Below, piece after piece: positions 23,720 to 37,162 of a stretch of 64,000 nucleotides of DNA. The notes beneath the pieces are model-generated. The model did no database searches. It worked only from the letters and a program-made list of their open reading frames with translations, and was not told where the DNA came from. How positions within the stretch are numbered: the stretch's first letter is position 1; every line of letters begins with the position of its first letter. The position numbers and the translations under genes were made by a program. Origin of the DNA: Mobula hypostoma (taxonomy: Eukaryota); contig NC_086097.1 in assembly GCF_963921235.1 (NCBI RefSeq), forward strand, positions 174,532,001 to 174,596,000. Direction: 5' to 3'.

Positions 23720-24940
23720 ACCAACCAGGTTAGGTCTTACACAGTGAGCGTAGGGCACTGAAGAGTGCGATAGAAAAAAAGGATCTGGGAATATAGGTTG
23801 ATAATTCAGTGAAAGTGGCGTCACAGGTAAATAGGGTCATGAAGATTGCTTTTGGCACATTGGCCTTTTTTGATCAAAGTACTGGGTACAAGAGTTGAGA
23901 TGTTATGTTGAAGTTTTATAAGATGTTGGTGATGCCTAATTGGAGTGTTGTGTGCAGTTTTGGTCGCCTAACTACAGGTAAGGTGTGAAGAAGATTGAAA
24001 GGGTACTGAGAAAATTTACAAGGATGTTGCTGGGACCAGAGGATCTGAGTTATAAGGAGAAATTAAATAGGTTAGAATTTTATTCCCTAGTATTAGAAGA
24101 TTGAGGGGAGATTTCATAGAGGTATACAAAAATATGAAGGGTACGGATAGGGTAAATGCAAACAGGCTTTTTCCACTGAGGTTGGGTGAGACTACAACTA
24201 GAGGTTTTGGGTTAAGGGTGAAAGGTGAAATGTTTAAAGGTGAACATGAGGGGAAACTTCTTCACTCAGAAGATGGTCAGAGTGTGGAATGGGCTGTCAG
24301 CATAAGTGATGGATGTGATTTCGATTTCAACATCGAAGGGAAATTTAGATAGATACATGGATGGGAGGAGTAGGGATATCTATGGTCCAGGTGCTGGTCG
24401 ATGGGACCAGGCCGTTTACAAGGTTTGGCATGGGCTAGCTGGGCTGAAGGACCTGTTTCTATGCAGTAGTTTTCTATGACTCTAGGATAACAAATGTTTT
24501 TCTCAGATATACCATATAAAAAGTAAAAGAGAGGCAAGAAGACATATTGGACCAGAGGAAGATAATGCTGGAGAGGTAGTAAAAGGGGACACGGAACTCA
24601 TGAACGAACTAAATAAGTACTTTGCATCCGTCTTCACTGGAAGACTCTATCACTGTGCCGGAAGTTCAGTCCTGCCGCCAGAGAGCAGAAGTAAGTGTAA
24701 TTGCTATTACTTGAGAGAAGTTGCTCAGAAAGCTAAAAAGTCAGAAGATAGATAAATCACCTGGACTAGATGGACTACACTCCAGTGTTCTGAAAGAGGT
24801 AACTGAACAGAGTATGGAGGCATTAGTAATGATCTTTCAAGAATCATTAGATTCTGGCACGGGTCCAGAGGACTGGAAAATTGCAAAAGTCACTCAACTC
24901 TTCAAGAAGGGAGGCAGACTGAAGAAAGGACACTGTAGGC
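23720..24940 (+). mobile_element. Two CR1 fragments: 3' end (~23720-24485) and internal RT-proximal piece (~24520-24940)
   Basis: LRGDFIEVYK...ETTTRG and DKSPGLDGLHSSVLKEV...PEDWKIAKVTQLFKKG. Confidence 0.75.
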
Positions 24941-25025
24941 ATATAATGTATGGCAATAATTATAGAATTGCAGTTATAATTAGCCATATAATTACCAGAT
25001 TAACAGGCTGTACCATTTACTGATA

Positions 25026-26555
25026 TAGGTGCCCCCGCTTTTCGAACGTTTGCTTTACAAAACCTTGCTGTTACCAAAGACCTACATTAGTTACCTGTTT
25101 TCGCTAACAGAAGGTGTTTTCACTGTTACAAAAAAAGGCAGTGCGTGAAAAAAGCAGTGCGTTAAAAGGCAGCACGTGCCCCGAGCAGACAAGCTCCTCC
25201 CCCAGAACTGCATTCTCGCCGGCATTGCTTCAACACATGCCTGTGAGCAGCCGTTAGCAAGATGAGTTCTAAGCCTAAAGGAGCTCATAAGGGTGTTACA
25301 CTTAGCGTAAAACTAGACATAATTAAGCATTTCGATCATGGTAAAAGAAGTAGGGACAAAGCGAGTTTGGCTTGTGGAAGTTGACGAAGATGATGTTGAA
25401 GAGGTTTTAGCATCCCATGACCAAGAACTGATAGATGAAGAGCTGATGCAATTGGAAGAGGAAAGGATAACAATCAAAACTGAATGCAGTAGCGAATGGA
25501 CCGAAAGTGAAGTCGTCCAGGAACTGAACGTGAAGCAACTGTGTGAGATTTTCACTGCAATGATTGCAGAAAAGTGCGACTTTAACTTTGAAAGGGTACG
25601 TCGGTTTAGGGCATATTTGCAGGATGGTTTGAGTGCTTACGAAGAACTGTATGATAGAAAAATGTGCAAGGCTGAGCAGTCAAGCATACTGTCGTTTTTC
25701 AAGCCTCCCACATCAGCCACAGCAGATGACGAACCTCAACCTTTGACATCAAGGCAGGCAGACATAGAAGAAGATGACCTGCCTGCCCTGATGGAAACAG
25801 ACAACATTGAGATGACACCCCAGTGCCCCACCACCCCTACCTCTGGGCCGTGGACCAATACATTGCCACGGAGAATGCAGCGGTAGCCGGGACGCACCCA
25901 ACACATCTTTAAGAAAAAAAGCTGAAATAAACAAGCGAATTAATTAGGTGCCACCTGGCACGTAAATGTCAGCCCAGATCAGAGGCGATTGCCGATTGTG
26001 GTCAGTGGCCCAGAGGTTAGGGACTGCTGCACTGTGTTAGGCTGAGTCGTCACCCCAACCTCTGATGAATCAGCCTAACACACCATCATCAGTGTCTTCC
26101 CGATTCCGATAAGTGATACTACACTGTACATAAGTTATTTCTACTTTATATAGGCTGTGTATTTTTGTGTGTTATTTGGTATGATTTGGCAGCTTCATAG
26201 CTTAAAGGTTACTGGAGAGAGTGTTTCTGCCAAGAGCGCTTGCGCCGAGTGTTTCTGCCAAGAGCGCTTGCATGAGATTTTCGCTACGGAGAACAGTGCG
26301 GCAATGATTGTAGGAAAGCATTTCTACTTTATATAGGCTGTGTATTTGTCATATCATTCCTACTTTTACTATATGTTACTGTTATTTTAGGCTTTATGTG
26401 TTATTTGGCATGATTTGTTGGGTTTTTTTGGGTCTGCGAACGCTCACAAATTTTTCCCATATAAATAAATGGTAATTGCTTCTTCGCTTTACGACATTCC
26501 GGCTTACGAACCGTTTCATAGGAACACTCTACCTTCGGATGGCGGGGGAAACCTG
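25026..26555 (+). mobile_element. Non-autonomous Tigger-like element (transposase N- and C-termini, DDE core deleted)
   Basis: TIRs (t)aggtgcccccgc / gcgggggaaacctg; MSSKPKGAHKGVTLSVKLDIIKHFDHG (CENP-B N-like) from 25262 and acidic C-terminus VEEVLASHDQELIDEELMQL; same family as 43721-45222. Confidence 0.8.
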
Positions 26556-26559
26556 CATC

Positions 26560-27960
26560 TTAATCCTCTCACTTTGGCAGCCTGATGTTCCCACCTGCTT
26601 CAGTCAGGGTTCAACCACACTGGTGCCTGAGAAGCAGGTGGTAACCTGCTTCATTGACTATCTTCTAGTAGCACTTACAATTCAGGGGTTCTCAACGGTG
26701 TCCATGGACCCCTTGCTTACCGGTATTGTAGCATGGCATAAAAAAGATTGGGAACCCCTAACTTACATCCACTGTGGTGAAGTGCTTTGAGAGGCTGGTG
26801 ATGAAATACATCAACTCCTGCCTGAGAAGTGGCTTGGATCACCTCCAGTTCACCTACTGAAGCAACAGGTCCACAGCAGATACCATTTCATAGGTTCTTC
26901 ACTCAATAGCTGGACAACAAAGGTAAATACAATAGGATGCTCTTTATCAAGTACAGCTTGGCATTTAATACTACCATCCCCTCAAAACTAATCAATAAGT
27001 TTCAAGAACTTGACCTCAATTGGATCCTCGATTTCTTTACTTGCAGACCCTAGTCAGTTCAGATTGGCAACATCTTCACCAATCTCTATCAGCACATGTG
27101 CACCAGAAAGCTGTGTGCTTGGGCCCCCTGCTTTATACTTATAACTGTAAGGCTAAGTACAGCTCTAGTGCCTCATTTATGTTTGCTGACAACACCACTG
27201 TCATTGTCCAAATCAAATGTGGTGACGAATCAGCATATAAGAGAAAAGATTAAAAGTCTGGTTGAATGTGCTAAACAACTTCTCACTCAATGTCAGCAAA
27301 ATCAAGAAGCTGATTACTGACTTCAGGAGGAGAAAACCAGAGGTCTATGAGCGAGTCCTCATGAGGAGATCAGAGTTGGAGAGAATCAGCAACTTTAAAT
27401 TCAGTGGTGTTATCCTTTCAGAGGATCTGTCCTGTGCCTAGCATGTAACTGCAATTACGAAGAAAGTACAGCAGTGCCTCTACTTCCTTACAAATTTGCA
27501 AAGATTCAGGACAACAACTAAAACTTTGACAACTTCTATAGACGTGTAGTGGAGAGTGTATTGACTGGTTGCATCACGGCCTGATATGGAAACACTGATG
27601 CCCCGAATGGAAAATCCTACAAAAAGTAGTGGATACGGCCCAATCCATCACAGATAAAGCCCTCCCCACCATTGAGCACATCTATATGGAGCGTGCCACA
27701 GGAAAGCAGCATCCATCATCAAGGACCCCCACCATCCAAGCCATGCTCTCTTCTCACTACTGTCACCAGGAAGGTCCGTGAGCCTCAGAACCACATCACC
27801 AGGTTCAGGAACAGTTATTACCCCTCAACCATTAGGCTCATGAACCAGAGGGCATAACTTCATTCAGCTTCACTTCCCTCATGACCGAACTGTTCTCACA
27901 ACCTATGGACTCACTTTCAAGGACTCTTCATCTCATGTTCGCAATATTTATTGCTTGTTT
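26560..27960 (+). mobile_element. Decayed Rex1/Babar-type LINE RT and 3' end
   Basis: VPTCF...TTLVPEKQVVTCFIDYLLVALT; FMFADNTTVI; TRFRNSYYPSTIRLMN. Confidence 0.75.
26683..26760. mobile_element. ~80-bp hAT-type MITE (copy 2)
   Basis: caggggttctcaac...gattgggaacccct; acttaca is repeated on both flanks. Confidence 0.7.
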
Positions 27961-28104
27961 ATTGATGTTGCACAACAAAGTGCAACATCTCACAAATGCC
28001 TGCATTAAATTCTATCTGCCATTTTTCAGCCCATTTTTTCCAGCTGAACTAGATCCCACTGCAATCTTTGATGGTCTTCCTTGCAGCCTACTACACCCCC
28101 AATC

Positions 28105-28450
28105 GGTGGATGTGGAGAGGACGTTTCCTTTGGTGGGGGTATCTAAGACCAGAGTACACAGCCTCCAAATTGAGAGAAGTCTATTTAGAATGGAGTTGAG
28201 GAATTTCTTTAGCCAGAGATTTCTGAATTTGTGACATTCTTTGCTACAGATATCTGGAGGCTAAATTATTGGGCATATTTAAGGCAAAGGTTGATAGGTT
28301 CTTGATTAGTCAGGGCTGGAAAGGATACAGGGAGAAGGCAGAAGAATGGGGTTGAGGGGGAAACAGATCAGCCATGATGAAATGGTGGAATAGACTCGAT
28401 GGGCTAAATGGTCTAATTCTGTTCCTATATCTTGTGTCTTATGGTCTTAT
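28105..28450 (+). mobile_element. CR1 3' end
   Basis: VDVERTFPLVGVSKTRVHSL...RNFFSQR and ...cctatatcttgtgtcttatggtcttat tail. Confidence 0.75.
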
Positions 28451-30720
28451 AATAATAAAAAAAACTATAAATTACAACAAAAGTACTTGTAAAAAATAAA
28501 TTATGTTAGTTTAAAAAGAAAGCAAAAAAGAAGTGAGTTAGTGTTCATGGGTTCATTGTCCATTGGGAAATCTAATGGCAGAGGGGAACAAGCTGTTTCT
28601 GAATCGTCCAATGAATGTCTTTAGGCTCCTGTACCTTCTCCTTGATGGTAGCAATGAGGTGAGGGAATGTCCTGAGTGATGGGGTCCTTAATGATGGATG
28701 CCACCTTTCTGAGGCATCATGTTTTGAAGGTGTCCTCGATCCAGGTGGAGTCTAGTGCCCATGATGGAACTGGCTGAGTTTACAACTTTCTGCAACTTTT
28801 TCCAATGCTGTGTAGTAGCCCTTCATACCAGATGGTGATACAACTAGTTAAAATACTCTCCATAGAAAATTGTGAGTCTTTGGTGACATACCAAGTCTCC
28901 TCAAACTCTTAATGAAATATAGCCACTGTCGTGCCTTTTTGTAATTGCATCAATATGGTTAGATTTAGCCCAGGTTAGATATTCAGAGTTGTTCCACTGC
29001 TGACCCCTCAATGAGGACTGGTGTGTGTTCCCTTGACTTCCCCTTCCTGAAGTCCACAACCAATTCCTTGGTCTTACTGAGGCTGAGTGCATGGTTGTTA
29101 TTTAGACACCACTAACCACGAATTAATCTATCTTCCTCCTGTATACCTCCTCGTCACCATTGGGAATTCTGCGAACAATAGGTGTGTGATCTTCAAATTT
29201 ATAGAAAGCATTTGAGCTGTGCCTAGCCACACAGTCGTGGGTGTAGAGAGTGTAGTGCAGTGGGCTAAGCATGCATCCTTGAGGTGCACCAGCGTTGATT
29301 CTCAGTGTGGGGATGTTATTTCCTATCAACATAGACAGTGGTCTCCTGATGAAGAAGCCATTTACAGGGGAGGTACAGAGGCTCAGATTTTGGAGCTTGT
29401 TGATTAGTACTGAGTGTATGATTGTGTAGAACACTGAAGTGTAATCAACAAACAGCAGCCTGGCCTGGATATTACAGTTCCCCAGGTGATCCAAGGCCAG
29501 GTGGAGAGCCAGTGAGATCGCATCCAATGTAGACCTGTTGTGGCAATTGGCAAATAGCAGTGGGTCCAGGTCCTTGATTAGGCAGGTGTTGATTCTAGCC
29601 ATGATGAACCTCTAAAAGAACTTCATCACAATAGATGTGAGTGCAACTGGGCGATAGTCATTGAGGCAGCTCACTTTGTTTTTCTTGGGCACTGGTATGA
29701 TTGTCACCCTTTTGAAGCAGATGGGAACCTCCGACTGCAGCAGTGAGAGATTGAAGATGTCTTTGAACACTTCCGCCAATTGGACACAGGTTTTCAGAGC
29801 TCTACCAGGTACATCATCAGGGCCTGATGCCTTGCAAGGGTTCACCCTTTTGAAAGTTGTTGTGACGTTGGCCTCTGAGACAGAGATCACAGGGTCTCCA
29901 GAGGCTGCAGGGATTTGCACAGATGTAGTTTTATTCTCCCTTTCAATATGTTAGATTTTGGTTTATAGGAAGTAATGACTTGCAAATCCAGTCAGAGCTG
30001 ATGTGCATCTGATTCCATCTCAAACCTCAGACTTTTAACCTTAAAATAGCCTTCTGTAGGTCATACCCAGACTTCTTATATAGTCCTGGATCACCGATCC
30101 TGAATGCAACAGATCTAAACCTCAGGAGATTACGAATTTACTGGTTTGTTCCCAGCTTTTGATTTGGGTATGTTCTGTGCACAATCATCTGCACAGGTCC
30201 TGATGAAGTCAATGACAACTGGGGAGTATTCATTCAGATTCAAAGATGAATCCCTGAATATTACCAGTCCACTGACTCAAAGCAGTCCTGTAAGCACTCC
30301 TCTGCCTCCCTTGACCATTCCTTCTTAGTCCTCACTACTGGTGCTGCAGTCTTTGGTTTCTGTTTATATGCTGGGGAGTAGAAGTATAATCAGGTGATTG
30401 GACTTTTCAAAGTATGGGCTTGGGATGGCATGGTTTCGTATATTTGATGGTGTATAACAGTAGTCAAGTGTATTGGCTGCTCTAGTTCAACAGGTGATAT
30501 GTTGGTGGTAGTTGTTCAGAGACTTCTTGAAGTTTGTCTGGTTGAAATCCCCCGCAATGATAGGGAAGGCATCAGGGTGCATTGTTTTGTGCCTGCTGAT
30601 TACAGTGCTCAGCTCCTCCAATGCCTGCCTGACATTGGCCTGAGGAGGAATGTACACTGCTGCCAGGATAATAGCAGGAAACTCACTCGGCAAACAAAAT
30701 GGATGACGTTTTCCTACTAG
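28450..30720 (-). mobile_element. Rex1/Babar-type LINE (EN + RT, disabled)
   Basis: PFCLPSEFPAIILAAVYIPPQAN...[21 protein letters not shown]...[36 protein letters not shown]. Confidence 0.85.
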
Positions 30721-31469
30721 TTGTTGAGTCTTTGTGAACACTGAGGTACAATTATGGAATCTTGGAGAGGGTATGTGGTCCATCTGAGGAGATAATCCAA
30801 TGATGTGGCTTCTTCGACTTCCATCTCTCCTTTTAGAATCATCATTACCTGACATTTTTGACAGTGTGTTCGGAACCTGTTCCAGTACCGTAATATCATA
30901 CCCTGTTCCTTCAGCTGTGGTGTCCTGGCTGTTAATTCTAAATGTTGAATACAACTTGAGTTATTGAGCAAAATTTGTTTGACAATTACGGCCCATCTCT
31001 CAAAACTAGTTTACTTGTCCAAACATTGGATAAACCATAAGGAGTCAACATGCCAGGTTTTGGTTATAATTCCCTCACCTCCAAATCCATCCTTTCAGGG
31101 GATGAAGCATGTGAGTGTGTCTAAAATCAATTTCCTACTTCCATCCCCCTCTTTCATTCCCCTCACCAAAAATGCTGGTCTGGTTATGTGGAAGTGTACT
31201 TTATTTTTAAATTTATCCTTGGTTGTGATGGAAAAATTGACTCTGGCACATTAGCATGTTATATCCAGCTTCCAAAATTCGCTCCCATTGGAGGCAGAAT
31301 CCAAAACACTGATGTTAAAATATATCTTGTTTAGTGCAACTGACTGGAGATGGATTTCTAAACACTTATGTTCTGGCAAGTGTTGTTATTCTATTTGCTT
31401 TTTGCCTGAGAAGTGTAACCAGTAAGCTGAGTGCTTGAGTAATTCATATTTTACTACAAACAACTTTCA

Positions 31470-34400
31470 CTCAGAGGAGGGTGAGCAGCCAGCTGTCATG
31501 GTGCATGTAGGTACTAACAATATAGGAAGAAAGCGGGATGAGGTCCTACGAGCTGAATTTAGGGAGCTAGGAGATAAATTAAAGAGTAGGATCTCAAAGG
31601 TAATAATCTCAGGATTATTACCAGTGCCACCTGCTAGCCAGAGTTGGAATAGCAGGATGGCTAGAATGAATATGGGACTTGAGTGGTGGGGCAGGAGGGA
31701 GGATTTCAGATTCTTGGGGCATTGGATCCACTTCTGGGGGAGGTAGGACCAGTACTATCCGGACAGTCAACATCTGGGCAGGGCCGGGATCAATGTCTTA
31801 GGGAGATTATTTGTTCGTGCTGTTGGGGAGGTTTTAAACTAATATGGCAGGGGGATGGGAACCCACACAGAAAAGAAGAGGGAAGTGATGCAGAGACCAA
31901 AGCTAGAGTTAGTGAAGAAAAAATTAAGAGTAGAATGCATAAAAGTAAAAAGCAAAAATTGCATAGGTCACTAGATTCTAAAAGGACAATGAGTATAAGG
32001 GCACTTTATCTAAATGCCCGTAATATTAGAAACAAGGTTAGTGAACTTGTGGCACAGATCAGTACCAAGGCATATGATTTACTGGCCATTACAGAAACCT
32101 GGTTGCAAGGTGGAGATGACTGGGAATTAAATATCCAAGGGTATCAGGTAATACGGAAAGATAGGCAGGAAGGCAGAGGAGGTGGGGTGGCGCTCTTGAT
32201 TAAGAATGAGATCAGGGCGATTGTGAGAGACGATATAAGATCTACGGAGCAGAATGTTGAGTCCATCTGGGTAGAGATTAAGAATAGTAAAGGGGAAAAA
32301 AAAATCACTGGTGGATGTTGTCTATAGGCCACCTAATAAAAATATTGCAGTGGCAGAGGGGATTAACCAAGAAAGAACTGAGGCTTGTAAGAACGGAACG
32401 GCAGTTGTCATGAGGGATTTTAACTTCCACATATATTGGGTGAATCAGGTTGGTCAAGGAAGTCTTGAGGAGGACTTCATAGAATGCATCCGTGATGGCT
32501 TTCTTGAGCAGCATATTCGTGAACCTGCAAGGGAAAATACTATCTTAGATCTAGTCCTGTGCAATGAGACAGGTAAGATTAATGATCTTGTAGTCAGGGA
32601 TCCTCTTGGAAAGAGTGATCATTGTATGATTGAATTTCGCATACAGATGGAGGATGAAATAGATCTAAAACTAGTGTATTATGCTTGAACAAGGGAGACT
32701 ACAACAGGATGAGGGAGGTGTTGGCTAATGTGAACTGGGAACACAGGCTATTTGGTAGGACAGTTGAGGAACAGTGGAATACTTTCAAAGAGATTTTTCA
32801 CAGTACTCAACAATAGTATATTCCAGTCAAAAGTAAGGACAGTAAGTGTGGGGAGAGCCAGCCTTGGATAACTAAGGAAATAAAAGTTAGCATCAAATTA
32901 AAAGCTCATGTGTACGAAGTCGCAAAGAGTAGTGGGAGACTGGAGGATTGGGAAAACTTTAAAAAGCAACAAAGGACAACTAAACAAGAAATAAGGAAAG
33001 GGAAAATAGAGTATGAAAGTATATTAGCACAAAATATAAAAACAGATAGCAAAAGTTTATATAAATATATAAAGCGGAAGAGGGTGGTTAAAGTCAACAT
33101 AGGTCCCTTGGAAGACGAGAAGGGGAAATTGATATTGAGTGATAAGGAAATGGCTGAGGCATTGAATGACTGTTTTGTGTCGGTCTTCACCGTGGAGGAC
33201 ACATGTAATATGCCAAAGAATGATGTTATGGACGAAATGGGAGGTGAAGACCTCGATAAAATCACTGTCACTAAAGAGATAGTGATGAGCAAACTAGAGG
33301 GCCTGAAGGTAGATAAGTCCCCTCGTCCTGATGGGATGCATCCCAGGGTGCTGAGGGAATTGGCGGAGGTTATAGTAGATGCGTTGGTAATCATTTACCA
33401 AAATTCTGTAGACTCTGGGCAGGTCCCGGCAGATTGGAAGACAGCAAATGTCACACCACTTTTTAAAAAAGCACGTAGGCAAAAGACGGGCGACTATAGG
33501 CCAGTTAGCTTACATCTGTAGTCGGGAAAATGCGTGAAGCTGTCATTAAGGAAGAAATAGCGAAATATTTAGAAAGAAGTGGTTCCATTAGACAGGCATA
33601 GCATGGATTCAGAAAGGGTAGGTCCTGTTTGACAAACTTACTGGAGTTCTTTGAGGACATAATGAGTGCAGTGGATAGAGGGGAACAGGTGGATGTCATG
33701 TACTTGGATTTCCAGAAGGTGTTTGATAAGGTGCCGCACAAGAGACTTATAAATAAGATATGGATGCATTGAGTCGGAGGAAGTGTATTGGCATGGATAG
33801 TGGATTGGTTAACCAACAGAAGGCGAGGAGTTGGTATAAATGGGTGTTTCTCCATTTGGCAGTCAGTGGTGAGTCGGGTGCCGCAGGGGTCGGTAACTGG
33901 GCCCACAGCTGTTTATTGTTTACATTGATGATTTGGAAGAGGGGACTGAGTGTAGCATAGCAAAATCTGATGACACTAAACTGAGTAGAAAAGCAAATTG
34001 TACGGAGGATGTGGAGAGCCTGCCGAGGGATATAGATAGGTTAAGTGAGTGGGCCAAGGTCTGGCAGATGGAATACAACATTGGTAAATGCGAGATCATC
34101 CACTTTGGAAGGAATAATAGAAGAGCAGATTATTATTTAAATGGTGAAAGATTGCAGCATGCTGTTGTGCAGAGAGACTTGGGAGTGCTTGTGCATGAAT
34201 TGCAAAAAGTTAGCTTGCAGGTACAACAGGTTATTAAGAAGGCATACGGAATGTTGGCCTTTATTGCTAGAGGGATTGAATTCAAGCGCAGGGACGCCAT
34301 GCTGCAACTAAACAGGGTACTGGTGAGGCCGCACCTGGAGTGCTGTGTGCAGTTCTGGTCGCCATACTTGAGGAAGGATATACTGGCTCTGGAGGCAGTG

Positions 34401-34897
34401 CAGAGGAGGTTCATCAGGTTGATTCCAGAGATGAAGGGGTTAACCAATGAGGAGAGGTTGTGTTGCCTGGGACTGTACTCTCTGGAATTCAGAAGAATGA
34501 GAAGTAGTATCGTATAGAAATATACAAAATTTTGAAAGGGATCGATAAGATAGAAGTAGGAAAGTTGTTTCCATTGGTAGATGAGACTAGAACTAGGGGA
34601 CATTGCCTCAAGATTCAGGGGAAAAGATTTAGGACGGAGATGAGGAGAAACTGTTTTTCCCAGAGAGTGGTGAATCTGTGGAATTCTCTGCCCAGCGAAG
34701 CAGTTGAGGCTTCTTCACTAAATATATTTAAGATACATTTAGATAGATTTTTACATAGTGAGGGAATTGAAGGTTATGGGGAAAAGGCAGGTAGATGGAG
34801 CTGAGTTTATGGACAGATCAGCATGATCTTATTAAATGGTGGGGCAGGCCCGATGGGCCGGATGGCCTACTCCTGCTCCTATGTCTTATGTTCTTAT
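31470..34897 (+). mobile_element. Near full-length CR1 LINE: ORF1 SGNH-esterase C-terminus, ORF2 (APE endonuclease + RT) with stops and frameshifts, 3' tail
   Basis: VMVHVGTNNIGR...IISGLLPVP; YLNARNIRNK...AITETWL; RDFN; DKSPRPDGMHPRVLREL; DDTKL; LVRPHLECCVQFWSP; tail tatgtcttatgttcttat. Confidence 0.93.
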
Positions 34898-34899
34898 AG

Positions 34900-35170
34900 T
34901 CGCTAATGCAGTTCTGGCCCTTCAAGCAGCACCGCCCCAGCAACCCCCACCAACCCTGATTTAACCCCAACCTAAGCACGGGACAATTTACAGTGACAGT
35001 TTAACCTATCTGGTATGTCTCTGGACTGTGGAAGGAAACTGGAGCACCTGGGAAAAACCTACACATTCCATGGGGAGGACATACAGACTCCATTCAGAGG
35101 AAGTTGGAATTGAAGTCCTAACTCCAATATGCTGAGCTGTAAAATGTCATGCTAATGGCTACATTTTCCC
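34900..35170 (-). mobile_element. tRNA-derived V-SINE (HE1-like) remnant
   Basis: Reverse complement has ...tttcccaggtgctccagtttccttccacagtccagagacatacc...aggttaaactgtcactgtaaattgtccc, typical of the V domain; similar to 43470-43718. Confidence 0.6.
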
Positions 35171-35359
35171 GCCAGTGAATTAGTGACATTGACAACAGGC
35201 ACAAGGTGCGCCATAGATGGCAGACTTTAATATAAGGTTGGGAATTTTAACAGGCACATGAAATGTGTACATTTTATGGGTTTCATGAGTGGGCCTGTAG
35301 TCTTTTGGCTCTGCTTGCCAACGCTGAAGAAGTGTAAAAGTACTGAGCATTGTTTCTTC

Positions 35360-35554
35360 AAAGTTGCTGGTGAACGCCGCAGGCCAGGCAGCATCTCTAG
35401 ATCTCTTACTAACTCTTCCTTCAGTTAATCCTGACGAAGGGTCTCGGCCCGAAACGTCGACTGTACTTCTTCCTAGAGGTGCTGCCTGGCCTGCGTTCAC
35501 CAGCAACTTTGACGTGTGTTGCTTGAATTTCCAGCATCTGCAGAATTCCTCGTG
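35360..35554 (+). mobile_element. Penelope pLTR-only insertion with 5' inverted segment; hammerhead motif 35427-35462
   Basis: 35360-35400 is the reverse complement of ~35473-35510; perfect 16-bp TSD tgagcattgtttcttc at 35344-35359 and 35555-35570. Confidence 0.9.
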
Positions 35555-35639
35555 TGAGCATTGTTTCTTCTTCCTTCTCAACCTTTATGTTCCTGTGTAG
35601 TGAGTGGCAAAGACTTTTGCAGCTATTTTACACCAGAAT

Positions 35640-36015
35640 CTAGATTAGGTTTATTATTACCGACTTATGTCATGAAATTTGTTGTTTTGTGACAAGTGCA
35701 GTGCATAACACAAAAATTACTATAAGTTACAAAATAAATAAAATGTACAAAAGACAATTAATGAGGTAGTGTTCATGGACCGTGCAGAAGTCTGATGGTG
35801 CAGAGAAAGACACTATTCTTAAAATGTTGAGTATGATTCTTCAGACTCCTGTACCTCCTCACCAATGGTAGTAAAAGAAAAGGGCATGTCCAGATGGTGA
35901 GGGTCTTTAATGATGGATGCAAATTTTGTGAGGCACTGCCTCTTGAAGATGTCCTCAGTAGTGAGTTAAATTGTGTCGGTGATGGAACTGGCTGATTCTA
36001 CAACCCTCTGCAGAC
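35640..36015 (-). mobile_element. Rex1-type LINE 3' end
   Basis: Similar to 28450-28800; minus-strand aataaacctaatct tail. Confidence 0.65.
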
Positions 36016-36143
36016 TAATTTCTGTCCCTAGTCTTTTTTTTTCCTGAGCTCAGATCTGTATTTCCTCCAGTTTTGGCTCTTGAGTATAAGGTAAAAACTA
36101 AAAGTATGGTATACTCTTATTTAGTTTTAAAGTGGTGTGTATA

Positions 36144-36903
36144 CAGTGGTGCTAGAAAGCTTGTGAACCCTGTAGAATTTTCTCTATTTCTGCATAAGTA
36201 TGACCTAGAATGTGATCAGATCTTAACCTAAGTCCTAAAACTAGTTAAAGAGAATTCAGTTGAATAAATAACACAAAAACATTATACTTGTTCATTTATT
36301 ATTGAGAAAAATAATCCAATATTACATGTATTTGTTGGGAAAAGCATGTGAACCTTTGCTTTCAGTAACTAGTGTGACCTCCCTGTACAGCAATAACTTC
36401 AACCAAACATTTCTGGTAACTGTTGATCAGTCTTGCACATTGGTTTGGAGAAACGTTTGTTATCCTTTCCTCTTCCAATTGCATTAGCTCTTCATCTGTC
36501 AGTTCTTGGTCATGGGATGCCAAAACCTCTTCAACATCATCTTCGTCAACTTCCAGAAGCCAAACTCACTTTGCCCTTGCTTCGTTCACCACAATCGAAA
36601 CGCTTAATTATGTCTAGTTTTACGCTAAGTGTAACACCCTTATGAGCTCTTTTAGGCTTTTCTGATACATCTTGCTAACGGCTGCTCACAGGCACGTGTT
36701 TAAGCAATGCCGGCTAGAATGCAGTTCCAGGGGAGGAGCTTGGCTGCTCGGGGTGCACGCTGCTTTTTTCGCGTGCTGCCTTTTTTCATATGTTTCTATG
36801 TAACAGTGAAAACACCTTCTGTTAGTGAAAACAGGTAACTAATATAGGTCTTTCGTAACAGTGAGGTTTTGTAAAGCGAACGTTCGAAAAGCGGGGGACA
36901 CCC
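36144..36903. mobile_element. Tc1 left end (36144-~36455) fused to the 5' third of the Tigger-like element (~36456-36903, - strand)
   Basis: ta|cagtggtgctagaaagcttgtgaaccc Tc1-type TIR; the second part is reverse-complement similar to 25026-25475. Confidence 0.7.
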
Positions 36904-37162
36904 ATATAGAAAATAATAGAAATGGGTCAACCACCACTTCTGGCCAGTAAGATTGGAGTCTAGGTCCTTGATCAGAATTTTGAAATTGAGTCTGTACCTT
37001 AACGCACCAAGCTTCTGTATCTCCAGACCTGGCTGTGCATGTTTTGCGGCAGATGCCCATTCGCTTTGGTTATTTTGGAGAAATAAATGTTTGGAAGAAT
37101 TTTTCCATGTAATTTTAACAGGTGTGATTTGACCACTGCTCTGTTATCATGGCGTCTGGTTT

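Noticed and set aside
25338..25886. Novel 182-aa acidic protein
   Set aside because: C-terminal remnant of a Tigger transposase; the homologous copy at 43721-45222 is broken.
30487..30954. 155-aa ORF fusing unknown sequence to an endonuclease
   Set aside because: Most simply chance read-through from flanking DNA into a 5'-truncated Rex1-type LINE; I recognise no homology in the N-terminal part.
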